DNA of 64,000 nt from assembly GCF_009914755.1 (NCBI RefSeq), contig NC_060933.1; one strand, given 5' to 3'. The stretch's first letter is position 1. Every line of letters starts with the position of its first letter. Position numbers and translations under genes: made by a program. Source of the DNA: the human T2T-CHM13v2.0 reference genome, Homo sapiens. The notes beneath the pieces are model-generated. The model was not told where the DNA came from. It saw only the letters and a list, made by a program, of their open reading frames with translations, and made no database searches. Below, piece after piece: positions 32,299 through 45,741 of this stretch.

Positions 32299-32974
32299 GT
32301 AAGTAACAAATTCTGTAGTAACCATTTTCCATTGATAGTATTAAGTATCAGTAATCTCTGCATTGAACTGAAGATTAAGGTGTTAGCCATGTTTGTTTTA
32401 AACATGTTTGTTGGAGTACTGAGAGGTGTTTACGTCCTTTTGAGAAAAGTTATAAAAACAAAGGTTTTTTTTTTTCATATCTGAGATGAACAAAATCACA
32501 CACAAAATAATATTTTTCCCATTAATCAGACATGAGGGTCTGTTATTTTTTGTTTCTTCAATATTTTAAATGTGTGGCCTTTTCTGTATCTTACTGACTA
32601 TAATTGGAGTGAATGATAGAATTCACTTTTATTACATTACAAGAAGGGTATTTTTCCAAAAGCCTACAGGCTTATTTGAAAGACTTGTAGAGGTGTGTTT
32701 GCCATTAGTGTTTTTTTTTTTTTAACATAGAGCTGATGTGGTCTCTCTAAAAAACAAGTAAGTCGTATAAAATGATATCAGATCTTTGCTATTTGAAGAT
32801 CGGGCAATGATTTAAATTTTTTATTAGCTTAAAATGCAAATTTGAAAATTAATATAAGTGTAGCATGCCTACGAATTAATCAGGACCATTACAAATCTAT
32901 CAGCTCATGGTCAGAGATGCTCATTCTTCACATGTGCTATCTTAAATTATTTACTGTCATATATTTATGGGGTT

Positions 32975-33435
<461 letters not shown>

Positions 33436-33551
33436 ATGTGTGTTTACATTTAATAAACCTTTATTAAATATAATCTTACTGTATTTATGAATTTATACTG
33501 TTTTAATTATAGCTTCAAAATAACGCCTGTAGCTTTTTCCCTTAGGATTAT

Positions 33552-33840
33552 TTTTTAAATTGACAAATAAAATTTGTATATATTTTTGGTGTACAGCACG
33601 ATGTTTTGAAATATATATATATGTACACATTGTGGAATAGCTAAATTAAGTTAATTAACATATGCATTACCACACATATTTATTCATGGTGGGAAATCTC
33701 TCTTAGCAGTTTTCAAGTAAACAACATGTTGTTATATACTTTCTCATGTACTTATACTTTATTTGTGGTGAGAAATCTACTCTTAGTCATTTTCAAGTAT
33801 ACCATACATTGTTGTTACCTATAGTTGCCATGTTGTACAA
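33552..33840 (-). mobile_element. L1MA-like 3' end fragment
   Basis: tgatgttttgaaatatatat...aatagctaaattaag...aaatctactcttagtcattttcaagtatac. Confidence 0.75.
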
Positions 33841-34123
33841 TTGCCATTAAATATTGACTCATACTTAACTACTAAGGCAAGGACTTAAGAATTAGAAAAA
33901 GTGAAACAGTGAATTTTCAAAGATAAATGATACAGTTTTCCTTTTGAGAATGGACAGTTTTTTCCTAAATATATTATTATGAATAATAGAGAATGTTAAA
34001 TAATATGAAAGTATGTTTAATTATTAAATATGCAAGTATTCTCATTTCTATCATGTATCTTTATACTATAAAATATTTTTAATGTTGCATAAATCTTTTA
34101 CTACTGTACCTTTACATTTTTAG

Positions 34124-34225
34124 GTGGCAAAAAAGTTGGCATTAATCCTAAAATTAATAATTTAATGCCAGGATATGAAGTTGCAAAGTATGATCTTATA
34201 TGGATTTGTGATAGTGGAATAAGAG
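34124..34225 (+). CDS. UGCG: UGCG coding exon 4 ([34 protein letters not shown]; D2 motif, D144)
   Basis: Acceptor catttttag, donor GAG|GTGAGG; 102 nt, phase 1-1. Confidence 0.97.
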
Positions 34226-34769
34226 GTGAGGTTTTTTTCTTATTTATTTTATAAAACTATTAATTTGAAGATAAAATGCTAAAAGCAATCTCAGATACAT
34301 TCATGAGTTCTTTTTATTTGCCTAAAAGAGTAATTTATTTCATCATCATTTCATGGTAATATGTCCAGTTATGCTTACTAAGATTTTGATTTTTTTAATC
34401 CTAAACTAGAATGTTACATGTATTAAAATGTTTTCATTTTGAAGAGAAAATTTCAACCATTAAATTAAAAATGGTTGTGGTTCATTATATAATCTGCAAG
34501 CTTTCCCATGGGTGTAACTTTTCCCTTGTTTGCCTGACACTTATCTTTAATGTGTTTCGGCTTGCGTAATACACCGTCTCACAAAGGGACAGAAATTAAT
34601 AGGTGCATATTTTACTAAAACACATACACTTATCGGACTATACACATGACTTTTTACTTAAATGATTTTAGCAAGAAGCCTTTCATATACTGAAATTATA
34701 ACTTGCATTTTCGAACACTCATAATAGTTTCAGTGTTCTATAATATTTTCTTATATTCTAATTGCCTTA

Positions 34770-34965
34770 AGCTTCTCAACCCCAATACTGTTCACATTTT
34801 AGGCTTTGTTGTGGGAGCTGTCTTGTAGGATGTTTAGCAGCATGCCTGGTCTCTACCATGAGATGCCAGTAGTACCCCCTTCTCAGTAGTAAAAGCAAAA
34901 ATATCTTCAGATGTTGCCGGATGTCCCCTGTGGGGCAGAATTGCCCCCAGTTGAGAAGCACTGAC
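34770..34965. mobile_element. MER20
   Basis: ttctcaacc...cagatgttgccggatgtcccctgtggggcagaattgcccccagttgagaagcactg. Confidence 0.8.
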
Positions 34966-35730
34966 CTAGAATGAGTATTTAAGGTCCAAATACAACTTTT
35001 CTTTATACGGTAGATTTAGTTCTTAAAGACTTGGAGGAAATGAAAAATAAGGTCATGTAAAAATGATATGAGATGTTTGCTAAAGATTGGGCAATAATTT
35101 AAATTTTTTATTAGCTTAAAATGCAAATTAGAAAATGAACATAAATGTTGCACTCCTATGAGTTAATCAAGACCATTACAGATCTATCAGCTGGTCAGAG
35201 ATGATGTTCATTCTTCATATTTGCTATCTTAAATTATTTACTATCATATGTTTTTCAGTGTACAGATCTCTGTTCAATATAATCACGTTCCATTCCTGTG
35301 TGGAAATCTGATACTCACAGAGAAAATAGTCTCATTTCCTATGGTTGGAGAGTAGAGAAGCCAGCACGAGAACTGAGGTCCTTTAGCCTCTGCTCCTGAG
35401 CCTTTTCCACTAGGACAGATTGTCCTTATTCCAAATTAGAAGTTCCAACAGGGGGTAACTTTTTCAAAGTATATTCTGCCTCTGGTACATAGTAGGTATA
35501 TACTGGGCTAAAAAATGTATAAATTAGCTTTCGAGAATTAGGCCCTTTTGAAATTTTGTATTCTCCTCAGAAAGGTGGTTGAGATTCATTTTATTAGATC
35601 CATATGTTTAAAATAATGTATTTTATTAAGAATGTAATAACAATTCACAAAATATATTTTATATTAATGGGCATTCTACTAAAAACAAATTTTCTTTTCT
35701 CCCCCTCTCTGCCTTTTTTTTAAATTGTAG

Positions 35731-35843
35731 TAATTCCAGATACGCTTACTGACATGGTGAATCAAATGACAGAAAAAGTAGGCTTGGTTCACGGGCTGCC
35801 TTACGTAGCAGACAGACAGGGCTTTGCTGCCACCTTAGAGCAG
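35731..35843 (+). CDS. UGCG: UGCG coding exon 5 ([38 protein letters not shown])
   Basis: Long pyrimidine tract then ttgtag; donor CAG|GTGAGT; 113 nt. Confidence 0.97.
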
Positions 35844-36013
35844 GTGAGTATGGTGGTTATAAATCATGTTCATAGTATCAGACCCCTCATTTCCCAGAAG
35901 CTTGAGACTATGGGAGCTGGAATTAGGTATCTCAAGTTAACTGTATTAAGTCCATTTGGGAACCTGCTGTGTTCTAGAAGCCCTGAGTTGAGAGCAGCTG
36001 TTTTCATTAGTGA

Positions 36014-36516
<503 letters not shown>

Positions 36517-36755
36517 CCTCAAAAGAACCTTTTTAAAATACCACAAAGTATTTCAAATATACACAAAAGAAAATGTATTCATACAAGTCCTTATAAAACC
36601 TATTTGATGTCCTTTTAAAACATATTTCTAATAATTACCTGAGAAACTTATGTTTTCATTTTATTTTTTCTCCAACTTAGAAATAGTAACATCCATAGGA
36701 AACTATAAATAATGGAAAAGTATAAGATGCAAAAAAACAAAAACCAACAACCTAG

Positions 36756-37096
<341 letters not shown>

Positions 37097-38846
37097 AGGA
37101 AGTTTCTGGTTTTAAAAATAAACATTGTATCATTTGGACACTTTGGAGTCTTTATTTCCCCCACCACCCCCTTCTGGGCCCTTTAGAAAACATTGTTGAG
37201 ATAGTATTCTAAAAATAATCTGTATCTTATTTTTGTGACTTTGTAAGCTTTTCCCATATCATTAATAGCTTTTCATAAAAGTAATTTTTATTGGCTGTAT
37301 CATAGGCCATCGTATGTGTGTCCTATGCTTGAGTTAATCATTCCTGTACTGTTAAACATTTGGGAGGAAAAATTTGTTGTAATGTTATAAGGACAGATAT
37401 GTGATTTCAGTCTTTAAATATGTCAACTTGCTCTTAAGCATATCTGCATTTATATTCTTTTGAATTGCAGTCTTATGATTGCCACATATCTGAAGGGGTA
37501 AAGGTACATTGTGGGAACTTGCATCTGGCCTTTGGCAGTTTGAACCATGAGCTCTTTCTTAATATTGGCTGTAAATATATTTGTCCTACTGCAAGAAATT
37601 GTTAGTCTTAAATACCAGAATTTTTGTTTAGAAAAAGAAACTGAGTAGCCACTTTAAAATAAAATACAATGTGTTCTAGTATACCAAATTGTATTTTTGT
37701 CTTAGAAATATCCAAATTGATACAGATGTCAATAACATCTCTGTGATGTGTATGTCAATAAACATCTCCCAGAATACACCCATTGCCTTAGTGTAGGTTT
37801 AATCTCTGGAAGTCACTCTGCCATACTTAGAATTAATCATTCTCAACTGTAAAGAGCACATTCAGCTCAGTGACTAACATCTCATTCCTAAGACCTCAAT
37901 AACTACTAAGGAATTAAGATATGTGCCTCTGTTCTTAGAAGTCAGGTTCAGTTCAGTCCCACAAACACTAGGGCTTCACTGGAGTCTGGGTTCAGGGTAG
38001 GTAGCAAGAATCATAATCATAATTGCCCCTTAGAATTCTCTTGCTCTGCACTGTGTGTGTAACTCCTAAGAAAGATGACTACTCTTTATTTCAGGCTAAT
38101 TAGAAAAGGCAACATATCTGAGGTGTAAATAATAAATAGGATTTTATGTCTACTAAGTAGGGTAATAACAGTCCTTTTCTACCATTGATTTATCAGCGTA
38201 TATATCTTATGACTTCAGAGTATATGCAGAGAAATGGCAGTAGCGGATGAGAGAATTTTAGTATCCCCGTTATGAAAAATACATTGAAAAAAATGGAGAA
38301 ATTGGGAAGAATCTTAGTGACTAAGGGAGAGGGAGCAGCTAGCTACAAAAGGATGCAAGAAAAGGAATTAAGAAATAGGATTGTGTCCCCTCCCCACCCC
38401 CCACCCCCCAAAAAAATAGGATTGTCCCGAAGGTTGATATACCTATGGGTGGTGTGTGTATGCATGCATGTATATATACACACATATACGTAACATACAA
38501 ATATGTATATTGATCCCAGTAAAGTAGATGTGTGTGTATATTTACATGAACACCCTAAAAACAAGATACATTGAATATTTGTTAATATTTTATATATCAA
38601 TGAGTGATATTTTTACCTTATTTTGTATCTAAATTAAGTTTTATTTGGATGCATTTTTAGCTTACTAACTGTGCTTGCTCTATGAAAGCAATATTGTCTA
38701 CCACTTTTTATTCAGGTAGTCTACGTAAGAATAATAAGATATTCACTCAATCATACTTATAAAAAAACCATTGGGAAAAACAGTTCGTGAACACCATGCT
38801 TTTAACATGAAATTCTAATCATACACGTTTGTGGTTTTTTGGGCAG

Positions 38847-39025
38847 GTATATTTTGGAACTTCACATCCAAGATACTATATCTCTGCCAATGTAACTGGT
38901 TTCAAATGTGTGACAGGAATGTCTTGTTTAATGAGAAAAGATGTGTTGGATCAAGCAGGAGGACTTATAGCTTTTGCTCAGTACATTGCCGAAGATTACT
39001 TTATGGCCAAAGCGATAGCTGACCG
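38847..39025 (+). CDS. UGCG: UGCG coding exon 6 ([60 protein letters not shown]; H193, D3 motif D236)
   Basis: Acceptor ttttttgggcag, donor CCG|GTAAGA; 179 nt; AED motif. Confidence 0.97.
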
Positions 39026-39142
39026 GTAAGACAACTAAATGAAGCCATAGTATTTTTATTACCTAACTTCTGTTGGTTTATTCTTTTTGTTCAACCTATA
39101 GATTAGGGCTTTTTAATTTAATTTTATTTTTTTTGCTAGTAA

Positions 39143-39462
<320 letters not shown>

Positions 39463-39760
39463 CAGATCAATAATTTTATAGAGTAATTCATATTCTAATT
39501 ATAGAATTGTAGATATGTACTAATGAAGAAGGTAAATGTTCTGATTCCTCTACATTTTTCAAATTAATGTGTTTTAAAGCGATTAAAAGTAAGTTTCTCT
39601 GTGTTTAGAATTTTTACTATATAGATACAAATTTCTGTGTTTTAGAAGAATTAAAACTATCAGTGCAGTCATAAACTAGTAGGTGAAAATTTAAAGACTA
39701 TCATTTCAAAATTTGAAATTTGTCAGTGAATTATATGATACTTTGCTAAGAAGCCACTGA

Positions 39761-40114
<354 letters not shown>

Positions 40115-40617
40115 TAAAATACTTGTTTTTAAAGGAGATCACTGCCTTGTGTGAGAATTCTTTTAAATTTTTTAAAAACTGAAGTGTGTTTTAAATACAA
40201 ATTCTGTCATGATTGTGTTCATGTGGTTCATGGTTTCCTAGTGTCTCCCATGAGATCCATAATGCCACTTTCTGTTTACATGTCTTGTTGTTTGGTTAGT
40301 AGTCATCAGAGACTAATCTATTAAATATGGAGCCCTCTCCATTTTTTTTCAAAATGACTGCATTTTAAGTTTCTTAAATTGTAAAGTAAGGTGGGTACAG
40401 TTTCTTCTAGTTCTTAGATGGTGCTGTCACGGGCCAGCATAATTGCTAAAACATCCATACGTATGGTAGACCTTAAGTCATGTGCTAATCATGAAAGCTG
40501 GGCTCACCCTGAATACCGGCAGTTGCCTGGTCTTTATAATGATTACTGAATGCATAACCAGTTACGCTTGCATGTGTTCATCATCATAACTTATTTTCTA
40601 ATTATCTTAATTTTCAG

Positions 40618-40704
40618 AGGTTGGAGGTTTGCAATGTCCACTCAAGTTGCAATGCAAAACTCTGGCTCATATTCAATTTCTCAGTTTCAATCCAGAATGA
40701 TCAG
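40618..40704 (+). CDS. UGCG: UGCG coding exon 7 ([29 protein letters not shown])
   Basis: Acceptor ttttcag, donor CAG|GTAAAT; 87 nt, phase 2-2; first part of the (Q/R)XXRW motif. Confidence 0.97.
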
Positions 40705-41078
40705 GTAAATCAACTGTTTTCTTTTTATACTTCGTTAAAAGGAAAGTGGGGAGGGGGGTGGTAATTTTTACAGGTTTAATGTAGTTAAATGAATGTACCT
40801 AAAGGTTGAAGATTTTTGTTTAGTTGCAGAAAATAGAGTTTAACGTCTGTGTTTAAGATAAATTTAATGTCTAAATGTATTTTATTTGCTGTATAACACT
40901 GAAAGCACTCATTAGAGAAATGTTGAGACTGAATTTTTTAATATGCTGATCTTTATTTTCTAACTTTCTGTGCTGATTAAATTTTATTATCTGTATTCAT
41001 CAGAGCGTAGGCCATACAAATGAATTTAAAGACATTTTTCTTTGACATCCTAGACAAAAATAGAAAAGAGAGTCATTA

Positions 41079-41395
<317 letters not shown>

Positions 41396-41446
41396 AGTTT
41401 AAAGAGAATGGTCTTTCTATCACAGGGTAAAAAAATTGATTATTTG

Positions 41447-41516
41447 AGGGAAAAAAAAAAGGATTTGTCTTGTAGCCAGGATATTGTTTTAAAGAAAATC
41501 CTTTTTGTTTTTCCAG
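41447..41516 (+). ncRNA. MIR4668: MIR4668 precursor; 5'-tailed mirtron ending at the intron 7 3' splice site
   Basis: 5' arm AGGGAAAAAAAAAAGGATTTGTC pairs with 3' arm GAAAATCCTTTTTGTTTTTCCAG; recalled as miR-4668-5p/3p; 3' end coincides with the acceptor AG. Confidence 0.88.
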
Positions 41517-41706
41517 GTGGACCAAACTACGAATTAACATGCTTCCTGCTACAATAATTTGTGAGCCAATTTCAGAATGCTTTGTTGCCAGTTTAATTAT
41601 TGGATGGGCAGCCCACCATGTGTTCAGATGGGATATTATGGTATTTTTCATGTGTCATTGCCTGGCATGGTTTATATTTGACTACATTCAACTCAGGGGT
41701 GTCCAG
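41517..41706 (+). CDS. UGCG: UGCG coding exon 8 ([63 protein letters not shown])
   Basis: Acceptor tttttccag, donor CAG|GTATGT; 190 nt; W276 of RMIRW and C-terminal hydrophobic segments. Confidence 0.97.
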
Positions 41707-42173
41707 GTATGTGGATAGGCATGAAAAGGTTGGCAGTCCCTTGGTGGAACTAGAACTATTTCAATTTAGAAAAAGTTGAAGGAAATGTATCTGAGCCATT
41801 CTTCAGCTTCCCATTGTAGGTTAGTCTCGGGTTTGAACATGACTTTCTCTAGTGGAATGTTGATGCAAAACTTAAGTCGATTTGCAACTTTCTATTGGTT
41901 ATATAATCGCTTTTATTAAGTTTCCAAAAACATGAAGTTAATTAAATCAGTGAGTATTGAAACTAATAAGACATTAAGATAGCAGTTATTTTAATGCTTC
42001 ATTAACAATTAGCATTTTCTTGAACGGTATAACATGGCAGTTAAATTACATAAGGAAGCAGACTTGATTTTACATAGTATACTTAGAAAAGTGAAATCCA
42101 AGAATTTAATTTTTTAACCTTGTCTTTAGTTTGACAGTGAGTGAAATTAAAAAATTTTTTTTTCCATTCCTAG

Positions 42174-42344
42174 GGTGGCACACTGTGTTTTTCAAAACTT
42201 GATTATGCAGTCGCCTGGTTCATCCGCGAATCCATGACAATATACATTTTTTTGTCTGCATTATGGGACCCAACTATAAGCTGGAGAACTGGTCGCTACA
42301 GATTACGCTGTGGGGGTACAGCAGAGGAAATCCTAGATGTATAA
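42174..42344 (+). CDS. UGCG: UGCG terminal coding exon 9 ([56 protein letters not shown])
   Basis: Acceptor ttccattcctag; TAA at 42342-42344; total CDS 1185 nt = 394 aa. Confidence 0.98.
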   Translation, partial: GGTLCFSKLDYAVAWFIRESMTIYIFLSALWDPTISWRTGRYRLRCGGTAEEILDV

Positions 42345-44715
42345 CTACAGCTTTGTGACTGTATATAAAGGAAAAAAGAGAAGTATTATAAATTATGTTT
42401 ATATAAATGCTTTTAAAAATCTACCTTCTGTAGTTTTATCACATGTATGTTTTGGTATCTGTTCTTTAATTTATTTTTGCATGGCACTTGCATCTGTGAA
42501 AAAAAAAAAAAACACATCTGTAGTCTTGGCCAAATGATACACTTTATTTTGTGGAAGTAGAGAATCAAGAGAATTGGTTCTAGGAACCTGGGTTCGTTCA
42601 TCATTGTTGTTTATTTTTTTAAAATAAATAAATAAATATATATATAGATGCTCTGCAACAAACTCTGTGACAGTATCCTTCAGTAGAGAAAGTTTCTTAC
42701 TTGTGAGTACACTCTTTTAGAACATTTACGGGTGGCAGCAGCTTTGCTTTAGAGTTTAGAAGATAATAGAAGGAATGACTATTCATGTCCAAAGTGAATG
42801 GTTTTGTGCAGTGAACAACACATGGCGAGGTACTAACTGAGAAACTTTTTCATGCTTTATGCCTACCTCTTGTAGTTGTTGCAGAGCAAATATAAATTGT
42901 AATAAGATAGCTAGGCCTTGCAGAAACAAACAGAAAAACTTAAAAAAAAATGATATAAGAGCTGGAGTCTAGTATTTATATGAATCTGTGAGAGATAATT
43001 TTTTTGGTCTCACTGCAATGAACCAAAAGCGGCTGAGTTTGGTTTTTAATTGTAGCCATGTATTGAAGGCATCTTTTTGACCAACTCTTGTTGGTTCTGT
43101 CTTGAACCATTGTTAATCACTGTGCTGTAATTAGTATAGCTAAATCTTTTCCTTCCTTGCTCCTCCCCCAGCCCACCCCGTCTTCCCTTAACATTTTTTC
43201 AGGGGGGGTTGGGAGTGGTTTCATTTTAGTGTGAGTGGATGTTTTGATAGTTGTAAGGAAAAAATGCATTTCAGACACATTTCACACATGAGCTATTTTC
43301 TTACACAGTATGTCTTATTGTTAATAAGAATGTAATTTCATGATACAAGTATTTAATACCTTTTTTAAGTCAGTAAATATTCTAGCCATCAATAAATTGC
43401 AGTAGAGTATTAAGAGGGGACAGGATGAGTTTACTCTTAAAATTAATCAGTATCAAACTAAGTCTACTGTGTGTGTTTTTTTTTTTTGTTTTTTGTTTTT
43501 GTTTGTTTACTATTATAGTAAGTCTAGTCTTATTTAAATTGGATTTTTGTATTCAAGTTTATATGACAAAATAGACTAGATCAGCGCTGGTTGTAAATGC
43601 ATGCTGTACCTCACTGTTTTCTCCCCATCATGCCGCTAAACTTGCTCGCCAGGTTGTGCTTAACTTGTGGTGAACTGGACTTGATTCTGTTTTGTTTTGT
43701 TTTTTTAAAAAAAAAAAACAAAAATGTAAGGGACAGTGCATAAGCCTTTTCTTTGTTAAGTAGTGGTGTTTTGCTTTTTCTTCAGGATTGGATGGCATGT
43801 TGTCCACAGGAATGCCTACTGCAGGGCTAACACTGGCAATATGGCAGCTTTAAATTCTGAGTTACTACAGTCTCCATGTCAAAGCATAATGTGTAGCATA
43901 TCAGCAATAACTACATATTTATAGAAAACACTTTTTCACTTTACTGAGCCAATTCATTTAATTGTCAAATGTCTATATCCATGGTTTAAATGGCAACATA
44001 TCTATAAGTATGTATACACATTATATTTAAGCTTTTCTCTGGGCCAAACTGCTTCATCCTTTTTTCTTTCTTTTTTTTTTTTTTTAGCCTTATGATGAAT
44101 TTGTTTGAAGGGCATTTTCTTTATGAACAAAGGCTTGGATGCATATTCCTTTCTTTCTGTGAATGGGTATTATTCCCTGAGGAAAGTTGCACAGTGAAAA
44201 CCAGTCTGGTTGTGACCCACTACATGTTTTGTTTTTAATCACTATTACCTGAGTTGAACTTTGCTCACCATGTTTGTACTTGTTGGTCTGTTTAATGAAG
44301 TTTGGTTGATGCCATCCTTTGCACTGCCGAAGCGTAATCTTGTGTATTACTTAGCTCTCTGCTGATCTCAGTATGGACAGTGTAACAACAAAACCAAAAT
44401 GGCTGGACAGACTTCTTGTGTTTTGTAAATATAAACTAGGACAGTTCTGTAGGTTTGTTCAGTGTGCTAGTGGAGTATTTCCTTAATGTAAAACTTCACT
44501 TAACAGAGAGATTCTTTGTTTAGCAAGCTTGGAGTGATGATAAAATGGTAAGAAATAATATAAATGTTGAAGAAAGCATCACAACAGAACTATAGGAGTC
44601 TAAATTTAATAAATCTTTAAAAAAAACCAGTGTCTAGAATATATACCATGTTTTATTATTTAAAATCATTGTCTTAAATTTTTGTTCAAAAAATAAAAAT
44701 TTGAATACAATCAAA
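42345..44715 (+). other. UGCG: UGCG 3' UTR (~2.4 kb, AU-rich, no recognisable transposon)
   Basis: Repeat-free AU-rich sequence from the stop codon to the distal AATAAA and its U/GU-rich downstream element. Confidence 0.85.
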
Positions 44716-44755
44716 ACGTTAGCAATAGTGTATTTTTTGTTCTTCTGTATTTTTA
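44692..44755 (+). terminator. UGCG: Distal polyadenylation signal AATAAA (44692-44697) with downstream GU/U-rich element
   Basis: AATAAA followed ~30 nt later by gtgtattttttgttcttctgt; second AATAAA at 44608. Confidence 0.8.
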
Positions 44756-44947
44756 TAAGTAGCATGTTCCACCATTCACATCAGAATTATTAGAAGAGTT
44801 CTGTCAAGTATTCCTTTTGAAATCTTCCTTTTACCTGAGCCATAGGTAAAATAAATAAGGACATAGGCAGTCCTGTGACTTAAGTATGGCTTTTCTACAT
44901 TGGTTGCCTGTTAAAATCACCTGGAGAACTTGTAAAAAAAAAAAAAA

Positions 44948-45034
44948 ATACACAACACACACCCTGGGCCCTGTACACAACACACACACACACCCTGGGC
45001 CCTGTACACAACACACACACACACCCTGGGCCCT
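44948..45034 (+). repeat. 3-copy tandem repeat tacacaacacac(ac)n-cctgggccctg within a MER5-like remnant
   Basis: Direct reading. Confidence 0.85.
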
Positions 45035-45409
45035 GCCCACATAGATTTTGGTGTAATTATTTTGGGTGAGGCCTGAGCTCTTCTACCCGTGATTCTACTG
45101 TGAGAATGACTGGCTCGTAATGACCTTTAGAAAAGAGCCAGTGGTCCTTTGGGCCCCTCTCCCCCCGGGCTCACAGCTTGAACTCAGCCTTTTAGATCTT
45201 ACCACTCTAATGGCTAGAAAATGTAAATCCAAAGGAAGGAATGGAGTGGCATTATTACTTGAGACCCAGATGGGAGATGCACCTTACATACTTTCCAAGG
45301 CCAGGTCCCTCCCAAGCTGGAAGCCTTTACAGGCCTGTTTTACCACCATCCCATGAGAAAAGAATGTTCTTAACTGGAGAACAAATCCGGGGTAGAAAGA
45401 ATCCGCTCT

Positions 45410-45741
45410 CAGCTGATATTTTTGTCTCTCCGTAGTTCCTGTGTTGAAACCTAATGCCCAATGTGAGGAGGGTCTTTCAAGGTGAGGCCTTTGGTAGGTG
45501 ATCAGAGCCGTCAGGATGGGATTGATGCTTATAAAGGAAACCCCAGAGAGCTTTCTTGCCTCTTCCGCCATGTGAGGATACGGCAAAAAGGTGACCAGCT
45601 ATGAACCAGAAAGTCAGCTTTTACTAGCCACTAAATCTGCCAGGGCCTTGATCTTAAACATTCCAGCCTCCAAAACTGAGAAAGTTTTGTTGTTTATAAC
45701 CCACCCAGTCTATGGTATTCTGTTATCGGAGCCGTAAGACA
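45410..45741 (+). mobile_element. MaLR solo LTR (MLT1A/MST-like)
   Basis: gttgaaacctaatgcccaatgtga...ccatgtgaggatac...ccagcctccaaaactgagaa...cccagtctatggtattctgttat...aagaca. Confidence 0.8.

Noticed and set aside
42498-42513. A run suggesting a processed-copy tail or transcript end
   Set aside because: Genomic homopolymer inside the 3' UTR of an intron-containing gene, with no AATAAA directly upstream
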